Assembly (NCBI GenBank): GCA_943704415.1
Contig: CALSCO010000101.1
Location: forward strand, 1 to 41,738
DNA from: Parvularia atlantis
Taxonomy: Eukaryota
Direction of reading: 5' to 3'
DNA length: 41,738 bases
This document shows, in pieces, positions 32,368 through 41,738 of this stretch. The position numbers and the translations under genes were made by a program. Each line of letters opens with the position of its first letter. Position 1 is the first letter of the stretch. The notes beneath the pieces were generated by a model that did not search any database, was not told the DNA's origin, and worked only from the letters and a program-made list of their open reading frames with translations.

Positions 32368-35300
32368 ATGGCCGAGAGGGTGGACGCGCGCGAGCTGGCC
32401 GACCACATCGCCAAGGCCGTGATCAACGTCGAGACGGCGCCCAAGGCCAAGCACGTGCGCGGCATCGTGCTCTACTCGTGGAACAACGGGTGCCGTGCGC
32501 CGGGAAAGCAGGCGTGCGCAAGCAGCTGACGGGCGGGCCCGCAGCAACGCCGTCGCGTTCTGGACGCAGCTCATGCTCGAGCCGGTCTTCTCGGACGAGA
32601 TCGTGTGCTTCAAGGCGCTCATCGTCATCCACAAGCTGTTGCGCGACGGCCACCCGGCGGTGCGCACGTTGCGTGCACGGTCGGGGCCGCTGATGGCGGT
32701 CGCCACAGGTCATGCGTGAGACGATGAACCAGACGCGCTTCTTCGACAACTGTGTCAACCAGACGGCCAAAGTGGCGCGCTGTGCGTGACGCCCTCTCTC
32801 TCTCTCCCTCCCTCCCTCCCTCGCTCACAATACGCTCACGCACGCGCACCAACGGCCGCAGCGTACGGCGAGCTCATCCGCAGCTACGTCGCGTTCATCC
32901 GTACCAAGCTCGACTTTCACAAGGGTCACCCCGACTTCTCCGGCAACATGTCGTACAGCGACTACCTGAGCATGAAGAAGGCACTCAAGATGGACGAGAG
33001 GTGCGCGGCCGGCCGGCGTTTGCGCTGCGTGTCTGACACGACGCAGCTGGGACACGGTCCTCGCGCTGCTCAAGCTGCAGGAGGACGTGCTCGACATGGC
33101 GGGCAAGGTCTTTGCAAGCTTCAAGGACCGCACGTCAAACGAGTGCCGCATCTCGTCGCTTGTGCCGCTCGTCGAGGAGTCCTGGGGCATCTACCAGTTC
33201 CTTCTGAGCATCCTCAAGGCCATGCACACGGGCGCGCGCCGCTCAGCCGACGCGACGCGCCCCTGCTGACACGCTCGCATTCCATGCGCGCAGCCACGCC
33301 CGACATCAGCGTGTTCCAGGAGCTGCGCGACCAGTTCAACGACCAGCACCGCAAGCTCGCCAAGTTCTACTACGACTGCTCGTCGCTGCGCTACCTCGCG
33401 TCGCTCATCCCTGTGCCCGAGCTCGACCCTGTGCGCTTGCGCCCGGCTTCCACGCCGCTTTGCTCACCTCGTGCGGCAGAACCCGCCGCTGCTCTACGAC
33501 AGCAGCCGCGCTCGCGCCCCACAGCTGCCTGCGCGCGCCGACTCGAGCGCCGACAACGCGGCCAACGCCGCGCAGGTGCGCGTGCGCGCCACACAACGGT
33601 CTGTGCGTCGCTCACCGACGCGCCAGATCGCCGAGCTGCAGGAGCAGCTGCGCATATTTCGCGATCGCTACGAGCAGGACCAGGCGCGCATCTCCGAGCT
33701 CTTCATGCGCAACCAGGCGCTCGAGCGCGAGCTGGCGACGTTGCGCGGCCTGCTCAACGATGAGCAGCACCGCAACGCCGAGCTGACGGCCATGCTGCAG
33801 CGGCAGAACGGTGCGCGGCGGCGGCTGCACATGCGGTCACTGGCCTGACATGCGGCACGCAGAGGAGGTCGGCCCGATGCGCCAGAAGTTTGATAAGCTG
33901 CAGGAGATGTACACGACCATGCGCAACGAGCACATCCCGCTACTCCAGCAGAAGCAGCAGTTCACAGCCATGCGCGAGCAGTTTGGCAAGGCAAAGCAGA
34001 CCTTTGAGCAGCTGCAGAAGGTGCGCAGCCCGCGTGCGCAGCTGCGCTGGTCGGGACACGGCTGACTGACTGTCTGCGCGGCAGACTTACCAAGCCGAGG
34101 TCGCCGGTCGCAAGGCCGACCAGGAGGAGCACGCGCAGCAGATCAAGCTGCTGGAGGAGGCGCGTGCTAGCCGCTCGCGCCGTGCGCGCGCTTGCGCTGA
34201 CTCGTGTAAACGCACAGTCGCTCAACGCCGAGCTCGAGCGCGTGCGCCGCCAGAACAAGGACCAGGCAGAGCAGATGCAGGCCCTAGGCATGGTGTGTGC
34301 GCCTGGCCTACCGTCGTTTGACGCGGTCGCTCACCGCGCGGCACAGTCGCGCGGCGCCGAGGTCGAGACGCTCGTGCGCCAGTACAACGCCGAGAAGGCA
34401 GCGCTGGAGGAGGTGCACCTCGAGAAGATGCGCGAGATCGACCAGCTCCGCGCCGAGATGAACCAAATGCGCTCGAGCATGCGCGAGCAGCTGCAGGCGC
34501 GGCGCGCTTCGTGTGCCGGCGCAGCTGTGCTGACGTGTGCGCTCGTTCAGGGCAAGGACGAGGAGATCAGCGTGCTCCAGGTCGGCCTGGACGAGTCGCT
34601 CGAGCGCATGCACGAGCTGCAGCAGAGCGCCGACGCGGCCAAACAGGCGTTCGAGCTCAAGCTGCGCTCCCTCTACGCCGAGCAGGCTAGCGAGATGAAC
34701 CGGCTGCTCGGTGCGCGCGCGTGTGTGGACTGAGCGAGGGCGCGTTGCTCATCCCACTCGCGCAGACGACGTGCTCGAGGGCAGCGCGCGCAAGGTCGAC
34801 GAGAGCGCGTTCCAGTTTGAGTCGCCGCTGTTTGTCGGCATCCCGTCGGCCACGGCCGAGGCCGCGGCGATGGCCGCCGAGAAGGCCGCGACGGCCGTGA
34901 CGGACTTTGCCTCGGCGGCGGCGGGCCTCGCCAGCGGTGCGCAGCAGCCACGTCGACAACGACCGCCAGCCTGACCGCGCGCGACACGCAGGCGGCACGC
35001 CGGCCAAGGTCTTGAGCGAGGCCAACACGCTCGCGACCGCCGTGGAGCAGCTCGTGGCCAACGCCAAGGGCGCGCTGCGCATCGCGGCCGACGAGCGCGT
35101 GGCTGAGGACATCGCGGGCCACATCAAGGCGTTCTCGAAGGCCTCGCGCGAGGCGCTGCTGGCGGCGCGACCCTCGGCGGGCGCCAATACCCAGGCCGTT
35201 GAGGCGCAGCGCGCAGAGGCGCAGCAGGCGGCCGAGGCGCTGCTCAAGTCGATCGAGGTGCGCGTGGCTGGCTTGCCCGTGCGCAGGCGTGTGACCGCAC

Positions 35301-36678
35301 GGCCGCACAGGGCCTGATGGTCAAGGACGTGCAGCTGCAGACGGAGGACCTGGGCGACATTGTCGAGCGCGAGATGAAGGCTGCTGCGAAAGTGCGCACC
35401 GACGTCTGCGCGTGGAGCGGCCGGCTGACGCGGCGGCGGGCTCAGGCGATCGAGGACGCGGCCCTGCGCCTGCACGAGCTCATGCGCCGCCCGACGACCG
35501 TGACGGTGCGCGCCGGCCAGCGCACGTACCCCGCTCACTTGACCGCGCGCAGGGCGAGTTCAACGTCAACAACGCGATCCTTGAGGCGACGATGGGCATC
35601 ACCTCGGCCATCGGCACGCTAATTCGCGCCGCGACGCTCGCACAGCAGGAGATCGTTACCAAGGTGCGCGCGTGTGCTCTGCCCGTTCAGCTGCTGACAC
35701 AGCACGACGGCGCAGGGCCGCGGTGCCGCTTCCAGTGCGCAATTTTACAAGAAGAACCACCGCTGGACCGAAGGCCTTGTCTCGGCCGCCAAGGCGGTCG
35801 CGCTCGCCACGACGGCGCTGTGCGTGCGGCCCGCTCGTTTGCTGCTTGACACTGACGCGACGGCCGCAGCGTCGAGTCGGCCGACAACGTCGTCCGCGGC
35901 GTGACCGGCATTGAGCCGCTCGTCGTCGCCGCGCACGAGGTCGCCGCCGCCACTGCGCAGCTCGTCGCCGCGTCGCGCGTCAAGGCCGACCGCGGCAGCG
36001 CCACGCAGGGCAACCTGGAAAACGCGTCAAAGGCCGTTGCGGACGCGACCAAGGCGCGTCGGGGTTGGGTGCACAGCGGGCGACCTGACGAGCGGTGCAG
36101 ACGCTGGTCGCCGCGGCCAAGGACGCAGCCCTGCGCAAGCTCGACGACGAGACCAAGGTCGACCTGTCGAAGATGTCTGTGGGCCAGATCAAGCGCCAGG
36201 ACATGGAGCAGCAGGTCAAGATCCTCACGCTCGAGAAGGAGCTCACCAACGCCCGCCGCAAGCTCGCCGACATGCGCAAGCTCAGCTACCACGCCGAGGT
36301 CGACGAGGCCGCCGGGTGCGCGCTCGTCTGCGTGGGAATCGCAGCGGGGAGACAGCAACGCCTCACACGCCCCTCTGCCACAGCACCGATCAGACGACCG
36401 CGGCCGCCTCGGCGCCGGCCGTGCGCGCGGCCAGCTCGGCGCTGCGTGGCGTCGTCGGCGTGCCCGCGCCCGCACCCGCACCCGCACCCGCGCCCGCACC
36501 CGCACCCGCACCCGCACCCGCGCCCGCACCCGCACCCGCACCCGCACTCGTGCCTGCACCCGTGCCCGTTGCGGCGCCGCACGTCGCGTCGTCCACCACG
36601 ACGCCCAAGCCCAACGTGCCGCCCAAGCCGTCCATCCCGCCCAAGCCCGCGTCTGTGCCGCCCAAGCCTGCGCCGTGA
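32368..36678 (+). CDS. SLA2: Huntingtin-interacting protein 1 / Sla2 family (ANTH, coiled coil, I/LWEQ THATCH domain, Pro-rich tail)
   Basis: ANTH: KAVINVETAPKAKHVR...CFKALIVIHKLLRDGHP, KLDFHKGHPDFSG. THATCH: FYKKNHRWTEGLVSAAKAVA, TAQLVAASRVKA, MEQQVKILTLEKELTNARRKLADMRKLSY. Tail contains (PA)n and PPKP repeats. Confidence 0.95.
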
Positions 36679-37084
36679 AGCGTCCGCTGTGTCTGTTCGT
36701 GTCAGCTTCTTGCCGTACGGAGCTCAAGCTGTCCCGTCAGCGGCGCACCCGCGCAGATCGTCGCCTCGCCATCGGTCGCCGGCGCGCCATGGCACGTGCC
36801 CGAGAGCGGCAGGCACTGGCCCTCGCTCGCCGCCCGCGATCAGCCCGCGCTGTCGACGAGGTGCAGCACGCCGTCGCCGCCGTGCAGATGAGCGCGGGCC
36901 TGACGGCGACGGGCGTCGAGGTCGAGTCCTGTCGCTGCGATCAGCAGGCGAGCGCGAGCAGCAGCGTCACTGGAGGCGCTCGGCAGCGCGGCGCAGTACG
37001 ACGGGCGCCGCGCACGTCGCCGGCATTGGTGCGCGTGTGCAGACCATCCGTATTACACCACTAAAAACACTTCACGTGACCGGG

Positions 37085-39274
37085 ATGGGTGACACGGCCG
37101 TGCGCGGCACGCTGGCCGTCTTTGGCGCGGCGCCGTTTGACGCGGCGGCGGCGGCGGCGGTCTCTGGCGGCGCGGCCGATGCGGCGCTGCTCGACCGCCT
37201 GCTGCGCGCCGGGCATCTGCTCGAGGCGACGACGGCTGACGGCGCTGTGCGCACGATGCGCCTCGTTGTCGCGCCGCGCGCCCCCGTGACGGACGGTGCG
37301 GCTGCGCTCGTGTGACGGCGCGACTGCTGACGCCGCGCAACGGCAGAGGCGCTGCTGCTCGCGTACCGCCGGCACTACGTCGAGCGGCTGGGCGCGGCCG
37401 TGCAGCAGGTACGCGCTTGTCGTTGTCTTTGTTGTGGACGAACGCGGCTCACGGGGCGACGGTGCAGTACAACGGCGGCGGACAGGACGCGGCGCGCGGC
37501 GCCGTGCGCTTCGTGGACGTGGCGCGGCCGCATCTCGAGCGCGTCTTTGAGCTGCCGCTGCCGGCCGCGCTGCTCCCGACGCTGTTTGCGGCGCTGTGGC
37601 AGGGCCACCGGCTGTTGCACACGCGTTGGACGGACCAGCAGCTGGCCGGGCTGTACGCGCGCATCGTCGAGGCGGCCAGGACGCCCGAGGGCGCGGCCGT
37701 GCCTGACGCGGCGCTGATCCTGGCCTGGGCCACGCTGCACCGCGATCCGGACGCGGCGCTGGCAATGCTAAAGACGCAGTCGGACGGCGCGAGCGACACG
37801 CGTGTGCCGCTACTGCGCGCGCACGCGCTCATGTGGAAGGGTCGGGCGCGGGGCGAGGCCAGCTGTCACCGCGAGGCACTCGAGGCCTACGCCGAGGCGC
37901 GCAAGATTCGCACGTCGGTGCTCGGCGAGGTGTGCTGCGGTCGCTCGGGCTGTGCGGGTGCTCAGCGGCAGCGCAGACGCACCCGGACACGGCGGCGGCC
38001 GAGAACAGCATCGGCATGGCGCACTTGCGCCTTGGGCAGCACGCGGTGAGATCGACGGCGGCAAGAGCGCGGCCCGCTGACGCGCACGGCACAGGACGCG
38101 GTCGAGCACCTCAAGCGCGCGCTCGACCTGCGACTGGCCGCGCTCGGTGGCGAGCACGTCGAGGTTGCGGCGTCGTACAACAACATCGGCCTCGCGCTCA
38201 AGGCGATGGGCATGTACCAGCGCGCGATCGACGCGTTCAAGGTGGACTGCGCGGCGCGAGCTCTCGCTGCTGGCTGACGCGCCGTCGGCGGTGCAGTCGT
38301 CGCTCGAGATCAAGCGCACGGTGATGGGCGAACGCCACATCGACACGACGCGCGCGCTCGGCAGCATCGGCGGCGTGTACCTCGCGATGAAGGACTTCGC
38401 GCGCGCGCTCGAGTTCTGCCAGAAGGTGCGCTGCTTGACGGTGCGCTCGTGTGCTCAGACGGCCCGCGCGCAGGAGCTCGAGCAGTTGATCGCGACGATG
38501 GGCGAGGACAGCGAGGAGACGGCAACGGCGTACAGCAGCGTGGGCGACGTGGTGCGCGCGGGTCGTGCGCACCGCACACTCTCGCTGACCCCGTGCGCGC
38601 AGTACAAGAAGGCCAAGGACTACGCGTCCGCGCTAGAGATGCACAAGAAGGCGCTCGCAATCCGGCAGCGGCTGCTCGGCAACAAGAGCGCGCAGACGGC
38701 GCTGTCACACAACCACGGTGCGGTTGCGCCCGCGCGTATGTCTGCGCACCCAGCTGACGCGCGAACAGTCGGCCTGCTGTACGCGGACATGGAGGACCAC
38801 CAGCAGGCGATCGCGCACCTGATGAAGGACCTGAGCATCTCGCGGGACGTGTACGGCGAGGTGCGCTGGTGCGGCGGGGCAGCAGGGCCACAGACCGCTC
38901 ACGCCGCGCGGCGCAGACGAGCGTCGAGGTCGGCAAGTCGCACAACGCGATCGCGACGGTGTACGAGGCGCAGGGTGAGAGCGCCAAGGCCGTGGAGCAC
39001 TACCGCAAGTACCTCGCGGCGCTCGAGGCGGCGGCGGGCGGCAAGGACAGCGGCGACGTTGCGGCGCTGCTGTTCAACATCGCGCAGCTGCTGCACGTGC
39101 GTCTGTGCGCGTGCACGTCACGTTCGCTGACGATGCGAGCGCGCGCGCACACAGGCCGACGGCGACAAGGCCGAGGCACGCGCGAGCATGACGCGCGCTC
39201 GCGACATCTGGCGCCGGCTGGGCCAGGAGACGGACGCTGACGACGCCGAGCTGGAGCTGACCGACTGGGAGTGA
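37085..39274 (+). CDS. TPR repeat protein (KLC/NPHP3-type TPRs) with an N-terminal winged-helix-like segment
   Basis: Repeats such as HPDTAAAENSIGMAHLRLG, HVEVAASYNNIGLALKAMG, HIDTTRALGSIGGVYLAMK, SAQTALSHNH and SVEVGKSHNAIATVY; TGA at 39272-39274. Start uncertain. Confidence 0.85.
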
Positions 39275-39347
39275 TCGTGCCGTTGGGTCGTTGTGCCGTG
39301 ACGCATGTTACACACACTCACCGCGCGAGTGCCGCGCCGCGCCGTGA

Positions 39348-39563
39348 TCAGCTCTGCTTGGCCGTCTTGGCGCGCTGGCTGCCGCCGCGCACGGCGAAGT
39401 ACACCCACACAAACTGCGCACACGCGCGCGATCAGCCGCCATCGCCGCGCATCGGCACGCAGCGCACCAGCGCGACGAGGTGCAGCGCGATCATGACGCC
39501 GACAAAGCCCGCGGCCCACGGCGAGACGCCGAAGACGGTCGTCGCGCTCGCCGTCTGCTGCAT
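39348..39563 (-). CDS. 53-aa single-pass membrane microprotein (one intron, 39414-39467)
   Basis: MQQTASATTVFGVSPWAAGFVGVMIALHLVAL|FVWVYFAVRGGSQRAKTAKQS*. Consensus GTGCGC...GCTGAT...CAG intron, GC3-rich codons, divergent from SDH3. Confidence 0.7.
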
Positions 39564-39687
39564 CGACCTCCGCTGCGCCTGAGCTCAGGTTTCGAGAAAC
39601 ACGAGCTGCGCGCGCGCTGTACGATCGACGGTGGAGGGAGGGGGTAAAACATGAGGGCACGGCGCGCCGTTTGAAAGTGCTGCGGCG

Positions 39688-40343
39688 ATGTTCTCGCGGG
39701 TCGCGCTGCGGACGGCGAGCGGTGCGCGGCGCGGGATCCCCGTTGGCGCACGCCCTCGCGCTCACGGCGCACGTCGCGCTCACGACAGGCGCGCGTGGCA
39801 CGGCGTCGTGGTTCAACGCGCTCGAGCGCAGGTGCCGTGGCTGCCGTCCGCGCTCGACTCTCTCGCTCGCTCGCTCACGCGGCGGAACGTGCGCGACGCG
39901 CAGCCAGCAGCTCGGACGGCCCGTGTCGCCGCACCTGACCATCTACGAGCCGCAGCTGTCGTGGGTGCTGTCGGGCGCGTTCCGCGTGTCGTCGGGCGCG
40001 ATGACGGCCGGGTTCCTGGCCGGGATGACGTACTACGTCTTCACGGGCGCGTACGTGAAGGAGGTCTACACCAAGGTCAAGCAGCTGCAGCTGCCGTCGG
40101 CCGCCATCGTCGCGGCCAAGTTGACGCTCGCCGCGCCCGTCACGTTCCACTTCTTCAATGGCCTGCGCCACCTGGTGCCGTCGCGTCGTCGTCGCCGCGC
40201 GCGCGTGCTGGATGGCGTGCTGACGCGGCGGGACGCAGATGTGGGACACCAAGGTGCTCGTCAACAACCCGGGCGTGCGCGCGTCGGGCTACACCGTGCT
40301 CGGCCTGACCGCGCTGACCTCAGCGCTGCTGTCGGCGATGTGA
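39688..40343 (+). CDS. SDH3: Succinate dehydrogenase cytochrome b560 subunit (nuclear-encoded)
   Basis: Arg-rich presequence MFSRVALRTASG; RPVSPHLTIYEPQLSWVLS; FHFFNGLRHL|MWD; TGA at 40341-40343. Confidence 0.95.
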
Positions 40344-40536
40344 GTGGCGCGCGAGAGCGGGGGAGCGCGTGCTCTCTGTGCTCTGTGTGCACGCGGCGCC
40401 CATCATGCGCAGCATGCGTAGCATTTCTTGTCTTTCGAGTGCAGCACAGAAGAGCGCGCAGCACCATGCGCTGCACGCGGCAATCATGCGTAGCATCCTT
40501 TTCTGCCGCGTTTGGCGCAACACATTGCGCAGCACA

Positions 40537-41689
40537 TCACGGGAGGCACGTACCCTGGAAGCCCTGCACGGGCCCGTAGTCAAAGTACAGCGTCACGACA
40601 AACTCGACCAGGCGAACGACCATCTGCGCCGCGCCGTCAGCCGGACAGGGGCGCGAGCAGCGGGCGGCGCACCTTGACGTTCGTCAGAATCACCCACAGG
40701 CCCTCGTCCGAGTCGAGCGCCTTTTGCATGCACAGCGCGTACGCGTACGTCGTGACGAGGTCGAGCGGGACGCACTCGTACGAGCCCGCGCCGACCGCGA
40801 ATGGCGGCCCGCTGTCGGCTGCGCGCGGTGCTTTTCTCAGCACACCGCCCAAAACCGCCACCCGAGTGCACGCACTGCTGGCCACGGTCTCGTTGCAGCC
40901 CGGGCGGTTGTACAGCAGGAAGAACTGGGTCGCGAACGAGTCCACCGCGACATCGAACAGCAGCGGGTTGTACAGCCGCGCGACCGCTGTCACGCCCACG
41001 TTTGGCGGCGGCAGCGGATCCACGTCAAGCAGGCTGACGTACGCGTCCGTGATGAGGCCTGCGGCGTGTGTGAGCAAGCGCACGTGCACACACTTGGCAC
41101 GCGGCACGTGGCCGCACCCTGCGGCCCCTCGAGCGTGAGCGAAAAGTCGAGCACGGCCGGGTCGTCCGGCGTGCGCGGCAGGCCGATGTCGACCTGGGCG
41201 GCCGCGCGTCAACGGCAGCAAATGAGTGAGCCGCACCGCCCGCACCTTGGCCGTGCCGAGCAGCGACGCGGTCACGTTGCGCCCCGTCAGGAAACCTGAC
41301 AGAAACAGGGACACGGTCGCCTCGGTGTCGTTGTTGAGCACGAGGCGCCCGACGGCCGAGTTGTTGGACGCGCCCTTGCCTGCGCCCGCGCGGCGTCAGC
41401 AGCCAGCGCAGCAGCGCAGCACGGCGGGCGCACCGATCAGCAGCGAGCCCGCGTACAGCTGGCCCATGTAGCCGCCCAGGTGGTACATGCGCAGGTCCTC
41501 GTCGTACAGCAGCAGCGACGTCGACGCAAAGAACTGCGCCGGGTTGTACACCTGCGCGCGTCGCACACATCGCTGAGCCCCGTGCACATGGGCGAGTGTG
41601 TCGGTAACGCACGGTGAAGTTGAGCTGGAGGTAGAGATCGGTCGGGGTCGAGCTGACGTAGTCGATCGTGTTGATGCTCACAACAAGGC
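40537..41689 (-). CDS. Beta-rich protein, DUF3712/LEA_2-like repeats (5'-partial)
   Basis: LQLNFT|VYNPAQF..., FLSGFLTGRNVTASLLG, ARLYNPLLFDVAV; several N-x-S/T sequons; consensus introns. The stop at 40537 is tentative. Confidence 0.55.
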
Positions 41690-41738
41690 CTGGTGCGCGC
41701 GCGCGCGTGAGGCGAGAGGGCGCGCCATTGCCGGGGGG

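Noticed and set aside
40400..40536. Degenerate ATGCG(C/T)AGCA repeats between convergent genes
   Set aside because: Short and irregular; no function can be supported.
1..41738. Hundreds of overlapping Arg/Ala-rich six-frame ORFs read as a prokaryotic or overlapping gene system
   Set aside because: They are shadows of high GC content. Recognisable proteins appear only after removing short spliceosomal introns.
1..41738. Stop-codon reassignment or programmed frameshifts
   Set aside because: Apparent in-frame TGAs fall in intronic GCTGAC branch sites, and the frame shifts I checked resolve with GT/GC-AG introns.

Overview
GC-rich, gene-dense eukaryotic nuclear DNA in the standard genetic code. 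The gene set (HIP1/Sla2 with a THATCH domain, nuclear SDH3, AGMO) fits an Amorphea-type protist; this is inference. The six-frame ORF track is mostly noise because genes are split by very many short spliceosomal introns (about 45-85 nt; donor GTGCGY, branch GCTGAC/GCTCAC, YAG acceptor, usually no pyrimidine tract). Manual splicing gives 18 genes in this order: filamin-repeat type I membrane protein (5'-partial), small G-patch protein, AGMO, a possible Sld7/MTBP-like protein, NUP98-96, a low-complexity protein, RPA1, an FHA-RING E3 ligase, a multi-TM MLK/DLK-like kinase, MRPL3, an EF-hand protein, DPH7, a secreted LpqC/PHB-depolymerase-like esterase, HIP1/SLA2, a TPR protein, a 53-aa TM microprotein, SDH3 and a DUF3712-like protein (5'-partial). 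Five observations stand out. (1) The RNF8/CHFR-like ligase carries a near-perfect histone H3 tail mimic (15/18 identical to H3 G13-P30), followed by an acidic patch and a SIM-like end. (2) A perfect 42-bp inverted repeat brackets the kinase promoter and 5' exons. (3) GC-AG introns are unusually frequent. (4) RPA70 has lost all four zinc-finger cysteines. (5) The first gene has a GEX2/FUS1-like architecture. All family assignments come from remembered motifs; no database search was run.
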